Below are positions 1 through 14,159 of a DNA stretch of 64,000 nt, in pieces (within the stretch, counting starts at the first letter, position 1; each line of letters begins with the position of its first letter). Source of the DNA: Camelus dromedarius (taxonomy: Eukaryota); contig NC_087437.1 in assembly GCF_036321535.1 (NCBI RefSeq), positions 26,972,001 to 27,036,000 on the forward strand. Direction: 5' to 3'. The notes under the pieces are model-generated. The model was given only the letters and a program-made list of their open reading frames with translations. It searched no databases and had not been told where the DNA came from. The translations under genes were made by a program, and so were the position numbers.

Positions 1-1205
1 CTACAGGAATCTGTTAGTCCGAGAAATGCTCTGAGCTGTTTTCAAATAGTGGGATTAGGGAGTTGTAAGATTCCCTGAGTTTGTCCAGGGGAAAGGTTTA
101 CGGTTTCCAGGAGGCAGACCAACTCCTAGATAAGTGACCTCTTGTTTGACCATTTTGACCTTGGACTTGGAAACTTTATATCCCCACTTGGCCAAGAAGT
201 GAAGGGTTTGGATTGCATGTTGGATGGTCTATTCTTGAGTAAGGGGGCAGATAAGTAAGTCACATATTGTTTCGATTAGGGAACCAGGTAGGATCTCTGA
301 GGGAAGTGACACCCGGAGCAGCCGTCTTTGCTCGCCCTGGGACGCCTTGATCCCAGACAGCAGGATTAATTTTATTCTCCCAGGCCTCTGGGTCCAGAGG
401 TTTTTCTCCTTCCCCAGAGAGCAGTAAGAGTTGTAAAGAGGTTTCTAAGTGAAGTCAGCCAGAAAGAGAAAGAAAAATACCATATGAGATCGCTCATATG
501 TGGAATCTAAAAAAAGAAAAAGAACATAAATACAAAACAGAAACAGACTCATAGACATAGAATACAAACTTGTGGTTGCCAAGGGAGAGAGGGGTGGGAA
601 GAGACAGACTGGGAGTTCAAAATTTGTAGATACTGACAGGCATATGCAGAATAGATAAACAAGATTATACTGTATAGCACAGGGAAATATATACAAGACC
701 TTGTGGTAGCTCACAGTGAAAAAAAATGTGACAATGAATACATGTATGTTCATGTATAACTGAAAAATTGTGCTCTACACTGGAATTTGACACACAGTGT
801 AAAATGACTATAACTCAATAAAAAATGTTAAAAAAAAAAAAAAAGAGTTGTAAAGAGGTGAAAGTTTGGGGACTTTTTCCCAGGATAACTCGGGTTCCCA
901 ACTCGTAAAGAAGATCTTGGCCTAAAAGGGTGCTAGGACGTGCTGGCACGCATGAGAAAGAACGTGCGCATGGCGTTCATCCCATAAACAACAAAGGGGT
1001 GAGTAAAGAATCTTAAGGTCGGTTTACCTGTGACTCCCATGACGGGACAGAATCTAGAGGAGAAGAGTCTGGAGAAGGAAGTTAGGACAGAGTAGGTTGT
1101 CCTGGTATCCAAACAGAGTGATTGTCCTACCTGCCACATCCACTTTTACCCGTGGCTCCAACCCAGTGATGAAGATCTCTTGCGTTGGGGCTGACTGGAG
1201 GGGGC
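1..1205 (-). mobile_element. ERV1 (gammaretrovirus-like) pro-pol remnant, degraded, interrupted by an L1 insertion at 443-842
   Basis: Minus-strand translation gives protease-like EPRVKVDVAGR..LDTRTTYSVL, then PLLGQDLL, INPAVWDQGVPGRAK and RT-like QYV(D)LLI..FLAKWGYKVSKSKVKMVKQEVTYLG, with frameshifts and stops. Confidence 0.8.
443..842 (+). mobile_element. Young 5'-truncated L1 (ORF2 end, 3'UTR, poly-A) inserted in the ERV
   Basis: L1 3' end sequence and poly-A; exact 17-bp TSD AAGAGTTGTAAAGAGGT at 426-442 and 843-859. Confidence 0.92.
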
Positions 1206-1211
1206 TTCTTT

Positions 1212-1450
1212 ATGTATGTGTGTGTACACACACACACACACACACACACATATTATATAATATATAAATATTATATATATACATATCCATACACAGACAT
1301 GTATATACCATATATATATTATATATGTATATATAATATATATTATATATCTTCATACACTGACATGTGTATGAATATATACATATTTAATATACATATT
1401 ATATATGTATATATATAATATACATATTATGTATATATACATATTCATAC
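1212..1450. repeat. (CA)n followed by degenerate (TA)n/TATAC low-complexity tract
   Basis: Directly visible. Confidence 0.9.
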
Positions 1451-2254
1451 AAAAACCTGTGTAATTATGTACCCCCATATAATAGACAAGTGATACGAGT
1501 GCACGTCCATTCCCAGACCTGGGTGTGGATGTGTACCTGTTTAATAGACACATGATAAGGGTGCACTGCGCCTCCACCCCCAGTCTGGGGGTAGAGAGGC
1601 ACCCCGTCTCATAGATACATGACACAAAAAGATAGAGAATTTGTCCCTCCCTGTTAGTTGCTGAAAGCAGTACTATGGGATGTACTTCAGGAAGAAGGAA
1701 ACGGAACCCAGAAGGAATGATATGCAAGGAGATATGGCGAGCAAAGAAACTGGTAAACATGGAGCAATATAGAAACAGCCCTTGCTCATCAAAAAACAAC
1801 AGCAATAATAGCTAATTTGGGCAAAAATAATTACTAGAAAAGAACGTACATTATGGAAGATGGAGATGGTTGAAATCAATGCATTTTATGAAAATGAATA
1901 TATATATGTATATGCATGACGGGGACATTGTGCTGTACACCAGAAATTGACACATTCTAACTGACTGTAGTTCAAAAAAAAGAAAAGAAAAGAAAAGAAA
2001 CCAAAGCATTTTAAAATCTTTTTTCAAGAAGGTAGAAATAAATTAATTTTAGACTTCATCAAATATGCCTGGTTAAGTTTTTAAAGTGTTCATTGAGAGA
2101 ATAGGAATAGAATGTGTAACTATGAGAAAAATGAGGCAGGGAGGGAAGTAAGGAAGCCTCAACTGGATGCTTTCCACACTCAGCACCCAGCCTCCCAGGA
2201 CTGTTGTGTCCCACGCACCAGGGAAGGAGAGGAACCCAGATCTCCATCACAACC

Positions 2255-4630
2255 ATGCCCAAGAATAAAAGCAAAAATAGGTTCAGAGGTAAGAATAAGA
2301 ATGAATCTGAAATAAAAAATCTAGCGTTCAAGAATGTACCAGGAGCCCAAGTAAGTAAATATTGGGAAATGGACAGAAGCTATGTGTTTTGATGAGCAGA
2401 AGAAACTGAGAAAAGGTTTCAATAAGAACTTCAGAAGTTATGTTGGTGGAGTTGCAAGATTGCTGAACAGCAAAGTTACATTATTTTTCATTACACTTCA
2501 TACATAAAATTGGACATCTGAAGGCATATGTTGAGCCTCCAAGGCAAGCTACAGTCAAATGCAGGTTGCATTTGTTCCCAAAGATGATGCCAAAATCCAG
2601 TTTGATGACGGAGATGAGGACGAAGACACTGAGAATACCTAAATTCAATTCAACATTGTACGTTCTGATTTTTCTGAGCATTTTTGCACAATTTGGATCA
2701 CAGCCACAATCTGTGAAGAAGACTAAAACATCATTGGCATGAGTGAGGTTTGTTAAAGCAAGTTGAATTTTGATTATGTTTCTTTTAAAATATATAATAC
2801 TGAATTATCTTTTTAAAAATTTTTATTGAAGTATAATTGATTTACAATGTTGTGTTAGTTTCAGGTGTACAGCAAAGTGATTCAGTTATACATCTACATA
2901 CACACATATACATATATTTTCAGATTCTTTTCCATTATAGGTTATTACAAGATATTGAATATAGTTCACTGTGTTATACAGGAGGTCTTTGTTGTTTATC
3001 TATTTTATATATAGTAGTGTGTATATCTTAATCCCAAACTCCTAATTTATCCCTCTCCCTGACCTCTTTCTGCTTTGGTAACCATGGTTTTTTTTCTATG
3101 TCTGTGCGTTTATTTCCAGTTTGTAAATAAGTTCATTTGTATCATTTTTTCTAGATTCCACGTATAAATGATATCATATATTTGTCTTTGTCTTACTTCA
3201 CTTAATATGATAATCTCTATATCCATGCACGTTGCTGCATATTGCATTATTTCATTCGTTTTTATGGCTGAGTAATATTCCATTGTGTATATATACCACA
3301 TCTTCTTTATTCAGTCATTTGTTAATGGACATTTAGGTTGCTCCCATTTCTCGGCTACTGTAAATAGTACTGCTATGAACATTGGGGTGCATATATCAAA
3401 TTAGAGTTTTCTCCTGATATATATCCAGGAGTTGGATTGCTGGATCATATGGTAAATCTGTTTTTAGTTCTTTAAGGAACCTCCATACTCTTCTCCATAG
3501 TGACTGTACCCATTTACATTCCCGCCAACAGAATAGGAGTCCTCCCTTTTTCTCCACACTCTCTCCAGCACTAATTATTTGCAGACTTTAATGATGGCCA
3601 TTCTGACTGGTGTGAGGTGATATCTCATTGTAGTTTTGATTTGCATTTCTCTAATTAGCAATATTGAGCATCTTTTCATGTGCCTGTTGGCCATCTGTAT
3701 GTCTTTTTTGGAAAAATGTCCACTTAGGTCTTCTGCCCATTTTTTGATTGGGTTGTTTGGGGGTTTTTTGATATTAAGTTGTATGAGCTCTTTGTATATT
3801 TTGGAAATTAATCCCTTGTTGGTCTCATATGCAAATATTTTCTCCCACTCCGTATGTTGTCTTTTCATTTTGTTTATGGTTTCTTTTGCTGTACAAAAGC
3901 TTTTAAGTCTAATTAGGTCCCATTTGCTTATTTTTGCTTCTATTTCTATTACTCTAGGAGTCATATTGAAAAAAACTGCTGTGATTTATGTCAGAGTGTT
4001 CTGTCTATGGTTTCCTCTAGGAGTTTTAGAGTATCTGGTCTTGCATTTAGGTGTTTAATCTGATACTGAATTATCTTAAGTCAAATGTTAAATCCACTTT
4101 GTTCTTTTGTTGTAATGGAATTTAGTTTGGTTAAAAATAAATAAATAACAAAGACAAAACAAATCTACAACATCAGCTGTTTAGAAAAAAAGAGATAAAA
4201 ATGACTACTTTTCCTTTTAGGATCACTTCACTCAAGTATATGGATGTTTTGAATAATAAATTTTATGCCCTCTAATTATCATGGATTATGTGTAAATACC
4301 TAGCTTTGACTAGCCTGTGCACTGATCAGGGTTTTCTTGTATGCTCCAGCTATTTTGATGTCCTCTTGAGATATTGATAAAATTTAAGGGCGGCAGAAAT
4401 CTGTGTTTGATATCACAATGCATGGCTATTTTCTCTATTTTAGTTGCTTTTTAAAGCTAATTTTGATCACATACATTATTTGATCACATACATTATCTTA
4501 TGTTGCCACCATAAAGAAATCAACAAAAACCCATTTCCAAACACAGTTTTGAGAGGTTGGATTTGAATTTGTAAGATTAGCAGTTGCAGAAATTGAACAC
4601 TGGGTGGCACCCAATCATCATTAAAAATAT
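2255..4630 (+). pseudogene. Processed pseudogene of eIF1A (EIF1AX-like): decayed CDS 2255-2642 plus 3'UTR, split by an L1 at 2812-4062
   Basis: ATG 2255 reads MPKNKSKNRFRGKNKNESEIKNLAFK (eIF1A: [29 protein letters not shown]); ends DDAKIQFDDGDEDEDTENT-TAA at 2640-2642 (eIF1A: [20 protein letters not shown]); no introns, frameshifted. 3'UTR similarity is from recall and the 3' end is approximate. Confidence 0.85.
2812..4062 (-). mobile_element. 5'-truncated L1 (ORF2 C-terminal part and 3'UTR)
   Basis: ORF2-like peptides ([32 protein letters not shown]); exact 15-bp TSD ATACTGAATTATCTT at 2797-2811 and 4063-4077; TT/AAGA endonuclease-type site on minus strand. Confidence 0.92.
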
Positions 4631-6389
4631 TAATTTATTGGTTAACTTTTTTTACTTAATTGGGCATGGAAATTTTCACCAAAAAAGAAACTTTCTTTTA
4701 AATATTTTGCAAAATATGGAATTTAAATTTTTTTCTTTGGAAATAATTTCAAAGTTATAAAAAGTTGCAAATATAAGAATAGTACCAAAACCATCATATA
4801 CCCTTTACCCTGATTTACCTATTATGAACGTTTTATATCATTCACTTTATCATTCTGCCTCTTTCTTTCTAATAATTCCTTCTTTCCATCTGTCTATTAT
4901 TATTTTCCAGAACCATTAGCCCATAAGTTACATACATGAGTCTTTACCCATAAGTATTTACATGTGCATTTCCTAATAACAGGAATAGTCAAAAGTTTCT
5001 CTTTTAATGGTATTTAGAGAATATTTTTACAGTACAAAAGATTAAGATAAACTTTTTTCAAAAGCTTAATACATTATAAGCTACAGTTTTGTGTGCTTAT
5101 GTACACTTAAATTATGATTTAGAAATAAAAATAATTCCATGTTAACTTCTACAAAGTAAACCCTTCTCAAGTTATCCCTAAGCTGGGAGGAGAAGAAGAG
5201 ACTGCAACTTAATGAAAAGACAGCCTCTAATTTCCAATTTAAAAAAAAAAGAGCCACAAGTAAAAATTATAATAAAGTGTCATGCTGCTGAGACAGATTT
5301 TACTCACAAAAAAAGTGCAGAAATCCCAAATCCCAATCAATCCAATAGAAGGCAGGAATAGAAGTTAAAAATAACCAAAATGAAGTAATTTTTTTTAATT
5401 TAAAATACATGATAAACAGAAAACAATAAATATGATAGTAGAAATAAATACAAAAACATCACTAATAATAATATATTAATGAACTAAACACATTTTTTAA
5501 ACTACATAAAAACATATTCAAAATTCAGGTATGTTCTATTTAAAATAGATACTTAACACAGAAAGATTGAACATAAATAGATAGAAAAAGACCCTGCACA
5601 AACTGAACACAAAAGAAAGGTGAAAATATATATATATATTCAACAGAGTAGAAAGGATAGCAGTAGAAACTGGATTTCTCTCATAGTTTTCATAAATGAT
5701 CTTTTCTAGACTTATAATTGGATCAAACCAGTCAGTGCTTCAGAATCAGCTTTTTTTCAGACATAAATGAAAGAATGGATGTTTACTTTTTAATTGTACT
5801 TCCTACTTTTATTACTAAGTATGAATTTAAAAAAAAGAAAGAAAGAAACGGGATTTCTCTGAAGATACATTGCTCAGTAGATTTGACTTTAGAATCATGT
5901 GAATATGTTACATAGTTATAAAATCTAATGTAAAAATTTAAAAACATTCCCAAAGTGTCTATTTCTGGCATGATTATGTGAGGATCTTTGTCATCTCCTT
6001 CCACAGTGAAACTGGTGAAAGTCACTTTTAAAAATTTAATTCTCTAGAAATGGTCTTTAGGTCATATAGCAAATTAAAAAACAAAACAAAACAATACAAA
6101 ACAAATTTATTTGGGAAAAGCTACCAAAACTCAGTAAGAGCAGTGAGAATTTGTCTGCCTCCAAACCTGCTTCTTCCCCACTCCCAACTCTGGGTGATGG
6201 AAACTCTACTCCAGATGGTATTTCCAAGAATACAGGGCTCCCATCTTCTTCCCACCCCTCACCCATGGGAAAGAGGCTCTATGTTGGGTTTGGCACACTG
6301 AGAATACTAGAATCTGATTGCCTTTGCCCTAGCTCATTCATAGAGTAGAGGTTTCATGCCCAGACAAGCAAGTCAAGAACACCAGTGGC

Positions 6390-9300
6390 GATAGAGCAGA
6401 AATTAGAGAAATAGAAAAACAACAGAGGAAGTAAATAAACTGAAAAATGGGTTCTCTGAAAAGAACAACAAAGTTGACAAACCATTAGCTGGATGGATCA
6501 AGAGAAAGAGAAAAAGAAGGCTCAAATGTAAGGGGGACATTACTACTCATCTTACACAAATAAAAAGAATTGTGAAGGAGTATTATGAACAACTGTATGC
6601 CAGTAAATTAGATAACTTATATAAAATGGACAGATTCCTAAAAAGACATAAACTGAATCAAGAAGAAATGGAAAATCGGACCTAAACAAGCAGAGACTGC
6701 ATTTGTAATTTTTAAAAAAAAAACTATCAACAAAGAAAAATCCAGACCCAGATGCTTCACTGATGAATACATTTTTTCACAGCTTCGTTAAGATATAATT
6801 GACATATAACATTGTATAAGTTTAAGGTGTATCATTAAAATGGCAATACTTCCTAATCTACAGATTCAACATCATCCCTACCAGAATGCCAGCTGACTTC
6901 TTTGTAGAAATTAATATTCAAATACTAAAATTCATATAAAAACTCAAGGGACACAGAATAGCCAAAATAATCTTGGAAAAACATAATTGAATGACTCACA
7001 CCTCCTGATTTCAAAATTTACTACCTAGCAAAAGTAATCAAGACATTCTGATACTGGCATAAAGCTAGTCATATAGATCAATGCAATAGCATTCAAAGTT
7101 CAGAAATATACCCATGTGTATCTGTATGTGTGTGTGTGTGTGTGTGTGGTCAATTGAGTTTTCAAAAAGAATGCCAGTTCAGCAAATGGTGTTGGGAAAA
7201 CTGGACAGCAGCATGTAAAACAATGAAGCTAGAACACCCCCTTACACCATATACAAAAATCAACTCAAAATGGATCAAAGACTTAAACATAAGACAAGAT
7301 ACAATAAACCTCCTAGAGGAAAACATAGGCAAAACGTTATCTGACATCATTTCAAAAATTTTCTCCTAGTAGAAATAAAAGCAAGAATAAACAAACGGGA
7401 CCTAATGAAACTTACAAGCTTCTGCACAGCAAAGGAAACCATAAGTAAAACAAGAAGACAACCTACGGAATGGGAGAAACTTTTTGCAAATGAAACCGAC
7501 AAAGGCTTGATCTCCAGAATATAAAAGCAGCTCATACGACTCAATAAGAAAAAAACAAACAACCCAATCCAAAAATGGGCAGAAGACCTAAACAAGCAGT
7601 TCTCCAAGGAAGACATACAAATGATCAATAGGCACATGAAAAAATGCTCAATATCATTAATTATCAAAGAAATGCAAATCAAAACTACAATGAGGTATCA
7701 CCTCACACCAGTCAGAACGGCCGTCATTCAAAAATCCACAAATGACAAATGCTGGGGAGGCTGTGGAGAAAGGGGAACCCTCCTACACTGCTGGTGGGAA
7801 TGCAGTTTGGTGCAGCCACTATGGAAAACAGTGTGGAGATTCCTCAAAAGAGTAGGAATAGACTTACCATATGACCCAGGAATCCCACTCCTGGGCTTGT
7901 ATCCAGAAGGAACCCTACTTCAGGATGACACCTGCACCCCAATGTTCACAGCAGCACTATTTACAATAGCCAAGACATGGAAACAGCCTAAATGTCCATC
8001 AACAGGTGACTGGATAAAGAAGAGGTGGTATATTTATACAATGGAATACTACTCAGCCATAAAAACCGACAACATAACGCCATTTTCAGCAACATGGATG
8101 CTCCTGGAGAATGTCATTCAAAGTGAAGTAAGCCAGAAAGAGAAAGAAAAATACCATATGAGATCGCTCATATGTGGAATCTAAAAAACAAACAAACAAA
8201 CAAAAACAAAGCATAAATACAGGACAGAAACAGACTCATAGACAGAGAATACAGACTTGTGGTTGCCAGGGGAGCAGAGGGTGGGAAGGGATAGACTGGG
8301 ATTTCAAAATTGTAGAATAGATAAACAAGATTATACTGTATAGCACAGGAAAATATACACAAAACGTTATGGTAGCTCACAGAGAAAAAAATGTGACAAT
8401 GAGAGTGTATATGTCCATGTATGACTGAAAAATTGTGCTGAACACTGGAATTTGACACAACATTGTAAAATGATTATAAATCGTTAAAAAAAAAAAAAAA
8501 GAATGCCAGGACAATTCAATAGGAAAATAATAGTCTTTTCAACAAATGGTGCTGGGATAACTGGATAGACACAAACAAAGGAACAAAATTCACTCTTGCC
8601 TCATATCATATACAAAAATAAGCTCAAAATGAATAAAGAACTAGATTAAGAGTCAAAACTATAAAACTCTCAGAAGAAAACATGGGAGTAAATCTTCATG
8701 ACCTTGGATTTGGCAGTGAATCCTTAGATATGACACCAAAAGCACAAGCAACAAAAGAAGTAGATAAACTGGACTTCATCTAAATTTAAAACTTTCATGC
8801 TTTAAAAGACACTATCAAGAAAGTTAAAAGTAGGGGAAGGGATAAATTGGGAGTTAAGAGATTTGCAGATACTAACTACTACATATACAATAGATTAACA
8901 AATTTCTTCTGTATAGCACAGGGAAATATATTCAATGTCTTATAGTAACCTATAATGAAAAAGAATATGAAAGGAAATATCTGTATGTATATGTATGACT
9001 GAAACATTATGCTGTACACCAGAAATTGACACAACATTGTAAACTGACTATACCACCAAAAAAATAAATAAATAAAGTTAAAAAGACAACCTAGAGACTG
9101 GGAGAAAATATTTGCAAATCATATATCTGATAAAGAACTTGTATGTAGAATTATATCAAGATCTCATACAAATCAATAAAAAAAAAAACTCAATTTTTTA
9201 AGTGTTCTTTGACTGATGGTTACCAGAGGGCAATATGCTGAAAGGGGTCAAAAGGTACAAAATTCCAGTTATGAAATAAATTAGCCATAAGGATGTAATG

Positions 9301-10500
9301 CACAGCATAGTGACTGTATTTAATAATACTGTACTGCATATTTGAAAATTTATGAGAGAGTAAATCTTAAAAGTTCCCATCACAAGAAAAAACTATATAA
9401 CTGTATATGGGGACAGATGTTAACTAGAATTATTGTGGTGATTATTTGGCAATATACTTGCAAATATCTAATCATTATGTTGCACACTCGAAACTAATAT
9501 AATGTTATATACCACTTATACCTCAATTGTTTAAATGTTCTTACCAAAATAAAATAAAATAAAATAAAAATAAGCACAGGATCTACATAGGTATTTCACC
9601 AAAGAAGATGTACACCTGGCTAATTAGCACATGAAAACCACTCACCTTCAGGGAAATGCAAATTAAAACCATAATGAAAACAACCTGAAAAAGAACATAA
9701 TATATAACTGAATCACTTTGCTGTACACCTGAAACTAACACATCATTGTAAATCAACTATAGTTCAATAAAATAAATAAATAAAAACAAAACCACAGTGA
9801 GATACCACTTCCCACCCGCCAGGATGGCTAGAAACAAAGAGACAATAATAACAAATATTGACAAGGATATAGAGAAACTGGAACCCTCATACACTGCTGG
9901 GGAAATGTAAAGTGGGGCAGCCCCTTTGGGATACAATCTGGCAGTCCTCAAAAAAGTTAAACAAAGAGTTACCATTTGACCAAGCAATTCTACTCTGAGG
10001 TATACATCTAAGAGAAATGGAACTATGTCCACACGAAAACTTGTCCACACATGTTCATAGCAGTGTCTTCTCAATAGTCAAAGGTAGAAACAACCCACAT
10101 CTCCAGCAACTGATGAGTGGATTCACAAAGTGTGATATATCCATATAATGGAGTATTGTTCAGCCATAAAAAGGGGTGAAGTGCTGATACATACTACAAC
10201 AGGATGAAGCCAGTCACAAAATACCACATATTAAATGTTTCCATCTATATGAAATGTGTGTGACAAATACATAGAAACAGAAAGTAAATTAGTGGTTGCT
10301 TTAATTTATGTAGTGAGGGAGAATAATTGAGTGGTAATTGCCAAAGGGTACTAGGTTTGTTTTTGAGGTGATGAAAATGTTCTGATTGTGGTGCTGGTTG
10401 CACAAGTCTGAATATACTAAAAACCATTTAATTTTTCACTTTAATAAATGGGTGAATTGCATGGTATGTGAATAACACTGTTTGAAAAAAAAAAAAAGAA
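6390..10500 (+). mobile_element. Older L1 (L1M-type) ORF2 and 3' end with several nested younger L1 3'-end insertions
   Basis: Continuous degraded L1 ORF2 similarity interrupted at about 7178-8495, 8831-9073, 9210-9570 and 9680-9785. Confidence 0.8.
7178..8495 (+). mobile_element. Young 5'-truncated L1 nested in older L1
   Basis: 187-aa open ORF2 C-terminus (7621-8184; [14 protein letters not shown]), 3'UTR, poly-A; 14-bp TSD AAAAAGAATGCCAG at 7164-7177 and 8496-8509. Confidence 0.92.
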
Positions 10501-11102
10501 AATCCTAAAAATCAAAATTAAATGTAACACTCAATAAAAAAAAATCAGATGGAACAAATGAAACTAACTCTGATAAATTAGTGGCCTAAGTACAGAGAGA
10601 AATTTCAGGTGATTTATAGTCAGTAACTTGACTCTGTATCCCTCATGAAATATTGCTGGAGGACAAAAAGAACGGCAAAGAAATTTTTTTAAACTGTTTT
10701 CAGTAATCATATTGTTAATAAAATTGTTATTGTATTTGAAACAATTGTATATTTAGTAGGATAAAGCAACTAAGTAACTACATAAATGTTCTTAGGAGCC
10801 AAGGTTTTCAATTTAAGAAAGAAAGAATACAAATATAAAATTCAAGAAATAAGTGAAAACCTGTAATCTTAAATTTGAATTGGAAATATCAATATAAATT
10901 CATGTTGTATTTTCTTTTAAAAATGCATATTTTCTAGCTTTGTTCACTAAAAATCTTAGCAGCAATGAGTGTCCATAGAGTTTAAGTTGTGATCTCTAAA
11001 GAATATATTCTGGTAAAAAGAACAACAGCTCCTTGAGAAAACAGCCAATTCCATATCCAGGGAAGGAAATATCTCAGGAGAATCTGGGGCATCTTATTAT
11101 GC

Positions 11103-11718
11103 TGACACAGGAAAAATATGGGGCGAGAGGATGGCTATGCCCCAGGTTTCAGCTGAGTCCCTGGGATTCGCACCCCCAATTGAGGGTCCTTGGCTTCATG
11201 CAGGAAAGAATTCAAGAGCAAGCTACAAATGAGTAAAGGTAGATTTATTCAGAGAGATACATACTCCATAAACAGAGTGCAGGCTTTTTCAGAAGGCAAG
11301 AGAAAGTCCACGAGGTACAGGGTTGGGTGCTTAGTTTAAAGTAAAAGTAGATACACACTCCATAGACAGTGCAGGCCGTCTCTCACTCAGATGGGACAGT
11401 GGCCAAGAGCTGTGGGGGTTGTCAGTTTTTATGGGTTTGGTAACTTAATATGCTAACAAGTGGGAGGATTATTCCAACTAGTTTGGGGAAGGGGCCGGGA
11501 TTCCCAGGAACTGGGACATCACTCACCCTTTGACCTCTTATGGTGAGCCTTAAAACTCTCATGGCACCTGTGAAAGTACCATTTAGCATGCTGTTGTATT
11601 TCAGTGAGTGTATATTGAAGTTCAAGTTCTACTAGTAGTTGAATCTTCCACCATCTTGGTGCTAATTACTGTGTCATTCTTTTCACGGTTATGCCCTGCC
11701 CACTTCCCTTCTGTCTCA
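11103..11718 (-). mobile_element. ERV1-class solo LTR (616 bp)
   Basis: TG...CA termini; 4-bp TSD ATGC at 11099-11102 and 11719-11722; AATAAA on the minus strand near 11245 suggests minus orientation. Confidence 0.85.
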
Positions 11719-12552
11719 ATGCCAGTCTCTTTTCTATGTGCTTTACATGCATTAGCTCATTTAATTTCATTTTATAGTTGAGAAAACTTATTCTTAAATA
11801 GATTGCCCAAGGTCACAAAAATACAAAGTGACAAAAATTAGATGCAAACCCAGGCTTTAGAGCCAGCATTTGAAAAGTTGCTCAACCTTGCTAGGAATCA
11901 GAGATATGCAAATTAGGAAAAACAACACTGAGACAACTTTATCAGAAGGGCAACAGTTAATGTCTGATAAAATGAAATTTCAGTGAGCACTTGAGGATAT
12001 AGGAACTCTTAGACATTGCTGATGTAAGTTTACTTTTTTGACAAACCTTTTTGGATAATGATTTCACCATACTTAATACATTTGGAGATGCACATACCAC
12101 ATGCCCAGAAATTTTCACTTCTAGACAAGAGAAATTCTATATACATCTCTACAGGGAAACCGTGTAAAAACTCACATTAGTTACAGCCCTACAAGTTTTG
12201 TAGAAGCCATTCAGAAGGCAAAACTTTGGAAAGGTAAACTTATAATTCAAGATACATAAGCAGCAAGTGATCCTAAAATAGCCAGGGACTTCCTGCCAAG
12301 TCAAATGTGGAGGCTACCTTCCTTTTTGTTCTCAGTGAGGAGGGCCCCTTCCCCTATCAGAGATCTGTTTCTGCAATTCACAGAGGTGGTGGAATGTTAT
12401 TTGCATAGAGTATTTTTAACTTTTCAAAGTGCTTTTACCATCATTAGGTTTCATAACAGTTGCAGGAGGGTAAGCGTTTCCTTTTCCTAAGGCAAAGAAG
12501 CTCAAGCTCAAAGACACAGGAGAATTTAAGGCCTTGGAACTCCTAACCCTCT

Positions 12553-12703
12553 TCAACATTTCTCAAAGTTTAATTTGCATACAAATCACTTGGGAATCCT
12601 GGGAAAAGTATGACTCAATGGGCTTTGGATGAGGCCTGAGATTCTGCATCCCTAACAGGCTTCCAGGGTACTGTTGGTCCCCTGGCCACACTCTGAGTAA
12701 TGG
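12553..12703. mobile_element. MER5A-like hAT-Charlie DNA transposon fossil
   Basis: TTTCTCAAAGTT..AATCACTTGGG..GGCCTGAGATTCTGCAT..CACACTCTGAGTA pattern. Confidence 0.65.
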
Positions 12704-14159
12704 GAGGCAGACCACTGACACAGGCTGGGTGTTGAACTCCCTGGGTCTGCTTTACCTGACTGGACTTGGCAGTGCAGATGGACTTTAACGTAATGTTTAG
12801 TAAAAGAAAAGGATCTTGCCTTGAAAAAAATCCTAATGCTGTTCTCAATCAAGCAGAAACGACTTTCAGATTTCGTGTTTTCATTCTCTGTGACACCTTC
12901 CTTCTTCGTGTAATCTATTTGTAATTAACCTGTACACTGTGCGCAGGGAACCAAGGCTGGAGCTAGGCGGAAACATGCTTGGGTGCTCCCGGTGTTTATC
13001 TTTATGATTTGGGCTTTGTTGGAAATTACAGTCTGTCTCAGGTGCATTTGCATTTGCACCTTGGATTATACCGTTGTTTATTCATTGGTGCCCAGTGCTT
13101 CAAATAGAACACAAACTCTTAGTGCCTTCGTGCTTCACCCCAGTCCCCTGGCGCTCCTGGGGGACAAGAGCTAAGCGTTCCTCAGGAGCTCTGTGCCGCA
13201 GCATGAACAGCATTTACCCAGAGGGGCCTTGGGAGTCTCCTCTGCCCAACGTATGGGATCTAGTTTGGTAAGCAGCCCACAACCTAAATGTTAAACAAGG
13301 TGGTGAGGCCTTGCTGTGGGGAATTCCTCTGTGAAGAGAGGATCTGGACCCAGCTTGAGGGGCACAGAGCCGTTCTGGGTCTGCAGTCTGGTGTGGAGAA
13401 GGGCAAATTAGTGTGGCATACTTGCCCCTTCCTGTGCCCTAGGATAGTCGTGGGGACAAAGAGCAGCTGACAGCCCATAGGCACCTGTTCCAAACAGCAA
13501 GCCTGGTGGTTTGAATCTTTCCTTATAACCGGATAGACTGGTGTGGTGAGGTGTCAGCTTTCTTTGTGAAGCACTTTTTGGTTTTCTCAGTTACGATCGT
13601 TATGAACGGTTCTCATATGGAACTGAAGGACAAATATGACGGTTGATATATTTCCAAATATCAAGCCTGTCTTGGAAGAGTTTGTTCCTGGGGTGGTCTG
13701 AATTCTAAAGCGAGGTTTGGAAGTAGTTGGGATGACTGTTATACCAGTGGTAGACAATCTTATAAGACACATTCTAACTGTAAAGATTATTCTGAAATGT
13801 AGCTCTTTTTCACTTGATTACTCAGCTAAAATGTTGAGCTCCCCCATGTGTGTAAAGTTTCATATTAGCCTTGGGGGTGGTGAGAGTAGACAAAAAAAGA
13901 ATGAAAAAGAAAGATATGATTCTTAAGGACTTCATATACTAGCTGAAAAACTAAGAAACAAAACTGAGAAATATGAAAACATCACATATGGTAACTGGCC
14001 CAGAGTCATCAGTCTCAAAGAGAGGGTTTTGGATTCGGACAGCAAGGGAAAACGTCACAGAGGAAGTGAAATTTAAGCTAGACTTTGAAGGCTAGGTAGT
14101 ATTGTCATGTAGGGAAAACATGAACAGAAACACTTACAGCACAAGGTATCAAGAGGACA

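Noticed and set aside
4462..4497. Tandem duplication TTTGATCACATACATTAT x2
   Set aside because: Simple slippage duplication in a pseudogene UTR
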